Both the position numbers and the translations under genes were made by a program. This document shows positions 1 to 12,110 of a stretch of 64,000 bases of DNA, in pieces. Within the stretch, counting starts at the first letter, position 1. Each line of letters begins with the position of its first letter. Where the stretch lies: the NCBI RefSeq assembly GCF_026210795.1, contig NC_089432.1, positions 1,178,001 through 1,242,000 of the forward strand. The letters are read 5' to 3'. Source of the stretch: Rhizophagus irregularis (taxonomy: Eukaryota). Below the pieces are notes generated by a model. It saw nothing but the letters and a program-made list of their open reading frames with translations, made no database searches and was not told where the DNA came from.

Positions 1-905
1 CCTCTTTAACATTATAATTTTTTCCATTAGTTGTAACTAAAGACTGAATTTTTTTATATATATTTGGCGTATTAACTACATTACTATTTCTATTATTACT
101 AAGAGCAAATATCTTATTTTTTATATTCCACCATGTCAGAAGAGTTTTGTTATCAGGAGATAAAAATTGGTCCAAAAAGTATAAATTATTCATACATAAA
201 ATTTTTATATTTTTCAAAAAACTTTCAGTTCCAACAATTTCCATAATATGACGACCCCTTCCTAATACAGTACTATTTTTCCCGATATTGTGTTTATTAA
301 ATTCTATACTAAAATTATAACTTTTCATTAATAATAACAGATAAATTATTAATAATAAAATTATTTCGCAAATGTTGACCCATAAAGATTAAATCTTTAT
401 TAGAAAAAGGAAAATTAATTAAAGGATTGAAAGGTAAAAGTAGTTTATTTTGAATATCTACTAAACGAATCTCCATTATTTTTCCTAGAATTCCTTGATC
501 ATTAATTTGAATTATAAAATTATTAACCTTAGCTTGCAATTGATTATCAAAAATTGAACGAATATTATATAATAAATTCAATTCCATAATTATATTTGGT
601 GCAGTTGAAGCTAACTTTAATTTATTTTTAAAATTTTTTCTATAAGGAACCATGATTTTTTCACAATCTTTTTCTGATAGTATTATCGTTTGTGTCCTAT
701 ATTCGATACGTGGTAATATTACAGCATTAAAAATATAGGAACTAATTTTATCTGTTATGCATTTGTTCTTCAGCAGGTTATTACTTAAATTTTTGACTTC
801 ATCAAAGGCTTGTTGTTTGATAAAATTGTTATCATTATATATATTGAACCAAACACCCAAGATTCTAAGACTTTCTGTTTTTCCTTTAGGTTTGATTTTG
901 ATTTT
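1..905 (-). mobile_element. Retroelement (non-LTR-like) polyprotein fragment, region immediately C-terminal to the RT core; truncated and frameshifted
   Basis: ORF 315-860, extendable upstream (..KTESLRILGVWFN..), contains ITDK..YIFNAVILPRIEYRTQ..FKNKLKLASTAPN, resembling the end of RT/thumb of AMF retroelements. Coding-like sequence continues in another frame below 315. It breaks off at about 905, next to a small IR element. Confidence 0.7.
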
Positions 906-910
906 CTGAT

Positions 911-1130
911 GGACCCGGAAATATATATATTAGGGTCGCGTATTTTGAACTAAAAAAAAAATAATGAAAATCTTTCTTTTTTTAGATAATTTTGATAATG
1001 CTGGTCAGAATTTTATTTCCTATTATAGTAACCGACTGACATTATCATAATTCCGGCCCTGAAAAAAATGCGTACAGCTAGTGAAAAATTTTTTCAATCA
1101 CCTGACCTCTATATATATATTTCTGGTTAA
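911..1130. mobile_element. Degenerate MITE related to the GGACCC-terminal family
   Basis: Starts GGACCCGGAAATATATATA; the other end reads TATATATATTTCTGGTT (imperfect inverted copy). Internal CATTATCATAATTCCGGCCCTGAA..GCGTACAGCTA is related to the core of the 31584-31774 element. No TSD seen. Confidence 0.45.
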
Positions 1131-1392
1131 CAATATGTGTATAAGATAAATATTATTTAAAACCTTTTCACTCTAATAATTCTTACATGCAAAGACTGTA
1201 GAGACCTGCAACGGTGTAAATCCGGATTTTTGTTAATTCTTCCACTTATCATTCACGGAACATATTTTTTCAATTCGGATGACAGTTTTTATCCGGATCG
1301 AAACACTAATTTATATAGACCATATTCATAAATATGTAGGAAGTATACGTATCAGTTCAAGCATAAAAAGTTCCTATATTGTGTAATTAAAT

Positions 1393-1635
1393 TAGAGGTT
1401 GTGAACTCAATCGATTAAATGTGAAAAAATAGATTAATCCATTAAAATTATCTTAAACAAAATTCTAATCAAATGTGAAATTTCAGTTCTTATGATTAAA
1501 ATACTTCTCTACAGCTAAATATATGAGTAAAAAATTTGGAATTTTTTTTAATATTAATCAATTAGTTAGTCAGATTAAGGTTTCGGTTCATCAGTTTTTA
1601 ATCGGTTAAAATTTTTTGGTCTGTTCCAACCTCTA
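1393..1635. mobile_element. hAT-like MITE
   Basis: TIRs TAGAGGTTGTGAAC and (reverse complement) TAGAGGTTGGAAC. Flanks AATTAAAT and AATTGAAT give an 8-bp TSD with one mismatch. Confidence 0.65.
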
Positions 1636-2616
1636 AATTGAATAAATTTAATAATTCAAATTCTATTTTAAAAAGGAAAATTATACAAATTTAGAGATTA
1701 AGATTTAATCAAATTTTGCTTTATATTTGGAATGTTGCACAAATTCATGCTGTCCACTTCAACAAAAAGGTATAATGTATATAGTTGAAAATAAAATAAG
1801 TGAATACCAAAGGAACATAGATTATCAAAATTGAAAATAACTAGAGATTGAAATACTGGTTGGATCTAAAATCAATTATCCTTTAAGTAAACTAAAAAAA
1901 AAATGGATACAATTTCAACATACAGTACAATTATAGTATTTATAAGTGATAAATGAACCATGTCATAAGGTTAATAAATTTAGATACCTTCATTCATTGT
2001 CTATTTGATTTTATTAAAGTCAAGTTTGTAATCTCTTAATTCCTTTTTGCTGGTTATAATTTATTACTTGGTATATGACCAAGTTATTTCTAAATGTTTC
2101 TTCATCTCAAAATATATAACTTTATTAAATCATCACGACCACTAAGAATTAAACTTTTCATAAAGTTGTATCGATCTTAACAATCTAAATTTTGTAGCTC
2201 ATGCTAACAAAACTCCGTAATGGGAAAAAAGTATGAATTTTCCCATGAAAATAAGCTCCATTTGATTATTGATGGTATACAGACTTGATAAATATTTAAT
2301 AGTATCATATATTTCATAGGTAATAGGGTTTTTATAAACTCAGCTAATCACCCGTAACTTTCATAAAGGAAATCATAAACGACACTTAGTGCCACAGGGA
2401 TTACTAATTATATCTATACCATCAACTTATTAAACTTTTCTATTATTTATACTCAGATCTATTAAACTTTCATTTGACTATGAAACTACTATAAATAATT
2501 GCTATTTATTTTTATTTTTATATTTTTTTTTTCTAAAAAAAATAATTAATAATTAAAAGTTAGTCAATTTATTTACAACAAAACTTATATTTTCTTTCCT
2601 TTCTATTGAACTAACT

Positions 2617-3981
2617 ATGGACGAAGCACTCACAAAACCAAGAAACGGTACTCATACCATTTACAAGTTATATAGTTGGTTACAAAATGGTATGATTGAC
2701 TTGAATCCTGATTATCAAAGAGGTATGTATGAAGTAAATATTTTATGGTTTCTCTTTATTTAAATAAGAAAAAAGTATGTACATATAATTAATGAACAAA
2801 TTTATATATTCTTAACTTTTATTTATTTACTTTATTTGTATAATAGATATAGTATGGTCAGATAAAAGGCAGTCATACTTAATTGATTCCTTGTTTAATA
2901 ACTTTTATGTCCCACCTGTAATTTTCTCCTGTAAAATGTTGGATAGTAAAAGAATAATGCGTGTATGTATTGATGGTAAACAACGTCTCACATCAATAAG
3001 AAAGTAAGTAATTATACGAACTTTACAAGATTTTAGCTTATGATTAGTTTTCTATACAATAAATGCAACAAAACGTATTTATTAATCTGAATTATAGGTT
3101 CATTGATAATGAAATCCCCCATCTTAATCCTTCTGATGGTTGTGCAAGTAAACGTTATTATAAAAATCTCAATAATAAATATTATTTAACAGAACCAGAA
3201 CGTGAAAAGTTTGAATGTACCGAGCTTTTTTGTGGTAAGTTGTTAAAGAAATATAATTCAGGTGATAGTGACCTGCGAAAATAATCAGTTCATTATAAAG
3301 ATATCTAATAATCTTTCATATTATTTAATAGTTGAATACTATGATCTTACTTTTCAACAAGAACAAGAAATCTTCAGTCGTGTGCAACTGGGAGTTGCAT
3401 TGACCCCTGCAGAAAAGCTCCAAGCTATTGGCAGTCCATTAGCTGATTTTGTTCATGAAATTCATAATCAATATTCATCACTTTCTTTAATAATGGATAA
3501 TAAGCGTGCTCAACCTTTTCAACTTATTACACAATCTTTACACATGATTGAAACTGAACCTGAAAAATTTAATGCCTCCCACACCAATATTTCTAAATAT
3601 TTGAAAGAAGATCGTGAAGTTCCTGAAAATCTCAAGACATTATCCAGACAAGTTTATTCAATTATTGATAAGATGATCAATGTCAATGTTGAATTATTCT
3701 GGCAAGATCATAAATTATCTCCTGTGGAATTTATCTTCTTAACATATATAATTGCAAAATTACCCAAGTTACCAATTTTTCAATATCAAAGTTGTCTTTT
3801 AAATATGAAAAAATATGTTTGGGATAGACATGATGAAGTCAGACTTAATTCTAAAGTCTTTAACACATTGAAAGAATTTGTTGATAATATGAAATATGAA
3901 TTTGCTTCAAATCAAACTTCATCATCTATTTATGGTTCACAATCTACTAAAGGAAAAAAGAGAGCAAGAAACACTAATTAG
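2617..3981 (+). CDS. DUF262 / GmrSD N-terminal (ParB/sulfiredoxin-fold) domain protein, 349 aa, 4 exons
   Basis: Exons 2617-2722, 2847-3003, 3098-3234 and 3332-3981 with GT-AG introns splice in frame (1050 nt). The protein has LNPDYQRDIVW, LIDSLFNNFYVPPVIF, CIDGKQRLTSI and EIFSRVQLGVALTPAE, the three DUF262 signature motifs in the correct order. Confidence 0.85.
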
Positions 3982-5778
3982 ATAAGATAATAGTAACTGA
4001 TGATTAACTAGTGCAGGAGATATTGATGGAAAAGTATTTTTATGATTAAATGTTATAATTGTTACGAAGTGTAAATGTTATATTCAATTATATTCAATTG
4101 CTTAGTTATGACTAATTATTATATATCAGATATGTAATCACCCTATATGGTTTCTTTAGAAATAAGTCAGCAAAGGTTATACATGTCACGCGGCGTAATT
4201 GACAAATGAAAATGTAGCATGATGCGTCAATCAATCAAACACTTTGCGAAAATGTGTTGTTACAATGGTTACCTACCTACCGCAAATCAATTTTGCGGCT
4301 TAATGTATAATTTCAACGTAAATTAATAAGAAATATTTATAAAAGGCAAAAAAATAAAAGTTTCAATCATGTGATTCAGATTTGCTTTACGGCTTCCCGG
4401 ACGGTGAATTTGAAGAAACTTTAAAATTATTATTATTATTATTTGCTTTTTTTTAACGAAGCATTAGCTAACGTTTATTTATGTTGTTTTTTTTCAGGAC
4501 ACTCATTTTGACATTTCGATAGTCATCTTTAATGGTATAATTACCAAATTTTTGTTGAAGTTACATTCTTTGTATCGATCATTCATAATTATTACATTCA
4601 GTATAAAGTATTGTATGACTCAACGCAAATTGAGTTTGATCTAACGCACATGTGTATGTGTATGACGAATAGATTTTTTACTGGATAAAAATTGTCCTAT
4701 ACGCAAGATAATAAATTTAATTATAGACAGTTTTGATTTGAGATACTCGTTATGGCCAAAATCAGTTATTGCGAATCCTTAAAAAATATAGCTTTACTTC
4801 TTTGGTAACAGGTAACTATTGGTTAATAAACATTGCAAGGAAATTAGTTAAAATGTAACAATCTAAATAATTTAATGGTATAATACAATATAATATTTGA
4901 TATACTAATATCATTTCAATGTTTGTACTAAAAAATTTTTGGATCCCGTGCTTTCGCAGCAAATTTTATTAAAGATAATGGTGTATAATTATAAAAGATA
5001 TCTGACGATAAAAGTCAAATGATTTACTTCTATTAATTGTTACATGATAGATAATGTATAGTCTCCCACTCAGTGTTTAGTATAAAATTCTCCAACGAAG
5101 AGTTTGATTGTAATCGACTTTGGATGTGGTTTCCATCATGATTCATTATGCATTACCAATTTAACAGAATATGTTAGCATTATGATAACAATGATTTTGT
5201 AAAACCTTCAGAATTATTGTCTTGAGTGACGCAGGGATAACATATTTTTATGCAAATTGATGATAACCACTGACAATCCCAAAGTTTTGCAATGATAAAG
5301 CTTCAGATTTACATCTTCTGGAACCATTTCTTAGTAATAAATATCAACTTAGTATTCAAATATCTAAATAGAAACATAAAATTTGAAACGATATAAAATG
5401 TTTCAGTATGAGACGGAAATTTTAATCATCTATTATTCATTTTGATAATATATATAATATATTTCTTATATACCAAAATACATTTATTCTATAGTCACGA
5501 AATATAGTAAATAGAAATTAGGAAATTATGTTAATAATAAAAACTTACTATTTTAAATTAAATATATCTCCTTTTGAAATACAACGGTCTTAAATTTTGT
5601 TATATATGAAGAAAATATAAATATGATGGTTTGAAATTAGTCACAAAAAAAAAATTTTTTTTATTTTAAAAATGTTTAAAAATATAAATAATAAACGATA
5701 AAAAAATTCCGTATGTTTGATATAAAGAAAATAAATTTTTAGGGCAATCTCTAATTTATTGAATTTGGCTTAGATATT

Positions 5779-6540
5779 TCAACTCAACGCTTCTAATTTG
5801 TTTTGAGAAAATTTGTATCCTTGTTCAGCAGATTTTTTGTACCAATAAATTGCTTGAGTCACATCTTTTTTAATTCCTTTCCCATATTCATACATCCAAG
5901 CAACATTATATTGAGCTATACTATTTCCTAACTTTGCTGCCTTTTGATATAATTCAACTGCTTTTTCCTTATTAACATAAGTTCCAACTCCAAAATCATA
6001 ACAATAACCCAACCCATTTATTCCAACTGAATAACCTTTTTTCGCTAATTCTTTGGATAATTCAAAAACCATAAAATTATTCTTATTTACACCATCTCCA
6101 TCTAAATACATTTTAGCAAGACTATATTGAGCTACATTATTTTCTAATTTTACTGCTTTTTGATATAACTTAAGAGCTTTTTGTTTATTAATGTTGGTTC
6201 CAATACCATTAAAATTAAAATATCCAAGTAAATAAATAGAATTTGAATCATTTTGATTATTTATAAGATAATAGTAAATTTCTCGTAAATTTATTTCTTG
6301 ATTATTAATAAAATCAAGAATATGTTGCTTTCTTATATTTTCTTCTTTTCCTTCATTTGTCATCTTAAAATAAAAACTAACCAATTCATCAATTATAATG
6401 CTTAAATATTCTTCATATATGTCTTCATTAATAACTTGAGTTGTAGGTTCTATTTCTTTCATATCCATTTTATTAAAATTTTGAATAACTTGATTACTAA
6501 TATTTAGGATATTATTTACTGAATTGTTTACAGACTGCAT
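5779..6540 (-). CDS. SEL1-like repeat protein (253 aa, no kinase domain)
   Basis: Four SEL1 repeats (e.g. LGYFNFNGIGT..KALKLYQKA; LGYCYDFGVGT..KAVELYQKAA; AWMYEYGKGIKKD..QAIYWYKKSA). Single open frame. Confidence 0.9.
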   Translation of the reverse strand: MQSVNNSVNNILNISNQVIQNFNKMDMKEIEPTTQVINEDIYEEYLSIIIDELVSFYFKMTNEGKEENIRKQHILDFINNQEINLREIYYYLINNQNDSNSIYLLGYFNFNGIGTNINKQKALKLYQKAVKLENNVAQYSLAKMYLDGDGVNKNNFMVFELSKELAKKGYSVGINGLGYCYDFGVGTYVNKEKAVELYQKAAKLGNSIAQYNVAWMYEYGKGIKKDVTQAIYWYKKSAEQGYKFSQNKLEALS

Positions 6541-9389
6541 TTTAATTTTATGAAACTTTTGAATAATAAAACTTTGTGAAATAATAAAAAAAAAAATAAT
6601 TTTTCTTTCAAGGATGAAAAGGGAGATTTTTTAATTTATTGTAATTTATTACAACATATTTGTTTGTAGTACTTGTTTAACCATAACAGCTGAATGAGCT
6701 GATCAATTTTGTTTCTGGGCTTCCGCAGTAAAATTTTAAAGCAATTACGTTTCGAAATCTTCCCACCACAAGTAAGTTATTTAATCTATGATTTTACTGT
6801 ATATTAATCTGCTAATATCTACTAAAAAAATTTACTGCGCCTAGCGTTGTGAAAGAAATGAGTTTCTCCAGAGGTCTAGCGAAATTAATTTCGGCAAATC
6901 TACAAATTTCCAAAACCTTAAAAATTCTTAACAGAACCAATCAAAACTTTTTAAATGAATTAAATATTTTGAGTAAAGATTTGGGTAAATAATTATCTTC
7001 AGTATTTGCAACTAATTCTTTACTATTAATAATATTATTTTAATATTATTTTGTTTGGAAGATTGGAAGATATCAAGCTCAAATTTGCATGGTGATTATT
7101 ATTATTCTTATTTTCAAAGATGAATTATTGATCCATATAATTTATTATTATTATTATTATTATTATTAAAAAAATCAAAATTGATATTACCCAAAATGAA
7201 ATATCATATTAGTAACATAAAAGTTATACAATATGGCGATACTTAGAATAATCGTATAGGTCTTTCCTTTTTTTGCCTATGCAAAATATTCATCCTACTC
7301 GCGCTCTAGTCATGATATTATTGGAAAATATTTCATATACATGAATTCGTTTTAAATGCTTATACTAGCACCTTCAGATCATGTTTTCGTTCTAAGTGTC
7401 TACGGTCTAAATTAACAAATGATTCTGCTGAATAAAATAAAATGGAAATCATTGAGACATGCGATGACAGAAATAAATTAACCATAATAAGTTATGATTT
7501 CTGTTCGTGTCGTTAATTAATTTCTCGAAAATTCTATAAAAAAAAAATAGTCGACTCCAAAAGTTGCTTCACATTGCAAATGTACAACCACAGACGAAGT
7601 AATCGCTAGCTTTCTCGGTGTGCTTTTTTTAAACTAGTCCATAATGATTTTGTTTAGACTCGTTATGATTATGTCATAAATATAGTCCAAAAACTACAAT
7701 CGTACAGACAGTCGTGATTTTCCCACCTAAATTGAATAAACATTTTAATAAATACTTTTTCTGCAATAAATGACGCAAAACCACATTAATCATTTTTACA
7801 TTTTTTTTTTTATCGATTAATTGTGTACTCTTTTTTATTATAATGATAAATTTTTTAAGTATGTATCAACGATTAGTGAATTAATAATCGAAGTTTATAT
7901 AATTCTTACTCGATCAAATCACATTTTTGTAAATAAGTTTAACATTAAAAACTTTGATAATCGGCATCATTATAAAAAAAGTAATTGTATATTATAAATA
8001 TTCTTAATTTAAAAAATCATTTTTTGCAAATGTTAAATTACCTCTTTTAACTAAAAAGCACATAGAGAGATTGACTATGAACTTGTGAATTAAATTATCT
8101 GAGGCATCATCACATTATCGCAATGAGAGCTTCGTATTTTGAATTTCTCCTAATGGTAGGTGACTTTTATATTTAGGGAGAGAGTAGCATAGTACACGCT
8201 TTAAAGAGGTTCCCGGTTAAGCTGACTGCGGTTGATTTGAATTTTTTTTTTTTGTGGGAATCATCAATCATCATTCCTGTTGTATAGGACTGATAGACTG
8301 TCAACGACCTATGGAACAACGAATTTTGATTCAGGGTATTATAATGATATTTTAAATATTTTAATACTTTATTTTTTTCAGTTTAAAAAAAAAAAAGTTT
8401 TAAATCGAAATTTCTTTCTTTATTTTATTTAACTTTTTTCGATCTTTGAACGAAATATTTTTTTAGTTTATTTTCTTATTTTTTTTCAGTTTTTTGAACC
8501 CAAAAATTCTTTTAATTTTTTTTATTTTTTTGTATATTTCTTATTAAACCGAAATTTTTATTTATTGAAGACAAAGTAAAGTTTATAAGATATTTGGAAA
8601 GGAAAGAAAGAAGAAAATCAAAAAAAAGTCTTTTTTTTTGAAAAAAAAGACGAAAATAGATTACAAGACTATGATTAATTACTATTAATAAATCTTTATA
8701 ATAATTATAGTAATTGAAACATATTGAACATATTATTAATTGAAATAATTTATGCCGTAAAACCCGATGATCTGGAGCAAAACTTCAAATAGACAATCCC
8801 GTTTCAAACCAAAACTAGTCAGCCAACCACAAAGAAATCGAAGAAAGATATAGAAAAAGAGTGAAAAATGTGAGATTTTAAGATAATAGTAACTATCAAC
8901 ACGCAATACTAAAACGATTTAAAGAATGAAAGAAAAAATGGGTTAAATAAAAAATGCCGTATACGACTTAAAAGTGACAAGTATGATCATATTTCAAAAA
9001 TAGATAAATTTTTTAACATTTTATCTGATAATTTTTTTAATATAAATTCTTCGTCTTTATGATAAATATTTAATCACGAAATAAGGAAAATTCCGAGAGG
9101 AATCACATGAATTACAGTTAATACTTATTATTTTTTTACATACATTTATTTAAATTTTATTACCATTTTTTATGTATAGGAAATAATTTTCTTATGTAAA
9201 CGAAATTTTTTTTTTAAAAAAAAAATTCTAATAGTATTAATAGTATTGTAAAAATCAAAAAATTAAGCAGTCACTCTCTTCTAATAATCACCACTGTAGA
9301 AAACTTTTTAACATAAATTTATATCAAATAACCTTTTCTGACATATAAAGCAATTGAATTTATTTAAAAAATGGAGATGTATTTAGTAA

Positions 9390-10870
9390 TTATTTTTTAA
9401 TTACTTGAAATACTTCATATTTTTCCACTTTAAACCATTCTGGAATTCCTATTTTAGGATAAGCATAAATAATATCATTAATATAATTATGAAATATCCA
9501 ATTGTTAATACCGCTACAATAGAAATTACCCATGTGTGGGCCATGATCACTACTGCAATAAATAGCATAATTTGCATTGTTATTATTAACATAACCTAAT
9601 TTTGCATTAAAAGCATTTTTTTAATCTGCAATATGAAATAAAAAACTATCCGTAGTTTTTTTTCCAACATTATTTCCATTCCAATCAAATGGATTATATC
9701 CTCCAATTAATTGTGTTGTACCTTGAATTTTTGCCATCCAAATAGTAGCTCCTTTATTGTCACAATTTCTATGAAATGATTTAGCATCAAATCCATCTCT
9801 ACTTGAATGATATAATAACTTAAATTCATAAGGATTATCATTTTTTTTATAAGAATCTTTTCTATCAATTCATGAAGCAAACAGTGGGATATGATTTGAT
9901 TCAATTTAGGCTGAATCGAGTTTAAATTTTAAGTTTGGCTTTCTTGAAGGTGCTACATTAGTTTTAGGTTTCATATTAGGAACTATATGAAATTCTAAAA
10001 GATTATGAATTAAATCTTGAGGCAATATTTCTTTATAACAATGAACTTTATAAAAGAAATCTGCAGAATTAATATCATAAAATCTAATTAAAGGAATAAA
10101 TCTGTGTAATGATCTCTCAATTTTTATAGCATCATCTTTACTTCATTTGGTTGGATCATTTATCATATTTTGTTGAGCAAAACACCATTTTAATAAACCT
10201 TCCCAAATCTCAATTTTTTTCATATTTAAATCATCTCGTTTAACCAACATTTCCAATAATGGAGCCTTTAAATCAATAAATTTATCTGAATTAAATAACA
10301 CTTTAGGTTCTTCACAAATTTTTTCAAGACAAAAATTCCATAAATCCGTAAATGTTTCATATTGATAAATAGTTTCAAGAATATCAGTTGGATTTTGATG
10401 CAAAAATTCGGTTTGATGTACAATTAAATATTCTTGAATATAAGAAATCAATTGTTGAATATTAAGTTCATCCACTGCAATCAAAAGTTTCAATACTTCA
10501 GGACCTTGTAAAATTTTCAACCACAATATATAAATCTAATAAATTATTATTATTAATAAAATATATAGTGTTAATTAAATACAATAAAATTTTCATTGTT
10601 AATATTTATACATTACCTGAAAATGATATTAAATAAGCGAGGAGAAATATTTGGCTTTCTTAAAATAAATTTTCTTTCTTTTTTCTCAGCCATTCATTAA
10701 TAGAAAATGCAGAACGAAAATATTGAGACCTGATACACAAAATATTAAGCATGTATTTCTTTAACGTTTGACTCCTCTCCAGCATAAATGATAACATCAT
10801 ATCCTAATTCTGTTTCAAAAAGTTTTTCATAATCACTTGATAATTCTGCCAAAAATTTTGAAGACATCAT
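9390..10870 (-). pseudogene. BTB/POZ-BACK-TLDc pseudogene
   Basis: Starts MMSSKFLAELSSDYEKLFETELGYDVIIYAGE..KEIHA, then frameshift/stop. BACK region is in ORF 10143-10526, ending in TGA where W is expected. TLDc motifs (GGYNPFDW, ..EVFQVIKK) are split over frameshifts. Confidence 0.8.
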
Positions 10871-12110
10871 TTTAAAATGTTTTTAAAAAAAAAAAATATT
10901 TAATTATCCATAATCAAAAGTAACCCGCTTAAAAATCCCACCCCATCATATTATATCATCTTTGATAAATGTAAGGATGATTACTTATTGAATTTTTGAA
11001 AATATTTTTTATTAGAATATTTAAATTTCTGTTCAAAATATTCAGATTAACTAAATCAAACCTACTTATTAGATCAAATCAATTAATACATGTTTCTTTA
11101 TTTAGATATTTATAAAAATATAAAATATTATTATAAACGATCACTATCCATTCCTATGCGGATATCAAATTTGGATTTTACTTTTTTTTTAATTTTCTAA
11201 AATTTCTATATTATCCCGACTATTTATCAAAAAAAAGTTCCCAAATCCATAATTATGTATATACAGTATGTATTGTATTTATAAGATAAAAGTAGAAAAG
11301 CGTATGAAATATTAAAAATAAAGCATTTTTATAAATAAAGATTCAAATTGTTATTAATAATTGCTTGAATGTAAAGCTAATATATACATTAATCTAAAAA
11401 TTGTTAATACTCTTGAATCTTGAAACATTTGATCTTTTTATACGTATATAAAAGAGACTATGCAAATTTTAATAATAAGATATGTAAATAAATCGAGACA
11501 AATGTTGAACTTGTATAAAAAAATTTAAATAACTTCTTTCTATAATCATAATTGATTGTAACTCATCATTCAAATTTATATTTTGAAAAAGTAATGATCT
11601 TTTATCGAATAATGTTACTTACCTATTCCTCCAAGACCTATAAAATAAATTAAATTAGAAGTACTAATACTAAACATGTATTTTATTTTTTTGATTCAAG
11701 CTACCTGACGCACCAATATTAATCAAAATCTCGGACAAGTATTTCATAAGAAAAATCGCCATATAATTTTTAACAGGTCACGAACTCCAAAATCACTTAT
11801 ATACTAGGAATTATGATATTGTGAATATAAAATATTTCCTGTGTAAAATCTCGATGAATTTCATGAATTCTATAAAGTGACTCAATTATGTTATAATAGT
11901 TTTATGCTTGATATGAGTTAATAGAAATGTAATTTTGTAAATAAATTTAAAACATGCACCTATCAAACCAACTGAATTTCTATTAGCATTCTCACTTTTT
12001 AGCATTACTTCATATGTTCCTAAATCCTGATCTTTCCAATTATTGCTCTTTAGGTTCTCAAATTATTCGTTCTGTGTGAAGTATTTGACATTTTTTGCAT
12101 TAATTTGAAA

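Noticed and set aside
11590..11760. Possible micro-exons on the minus strand
   Set aside because: Splice-like signals are present but no coherent reading frame could be built.
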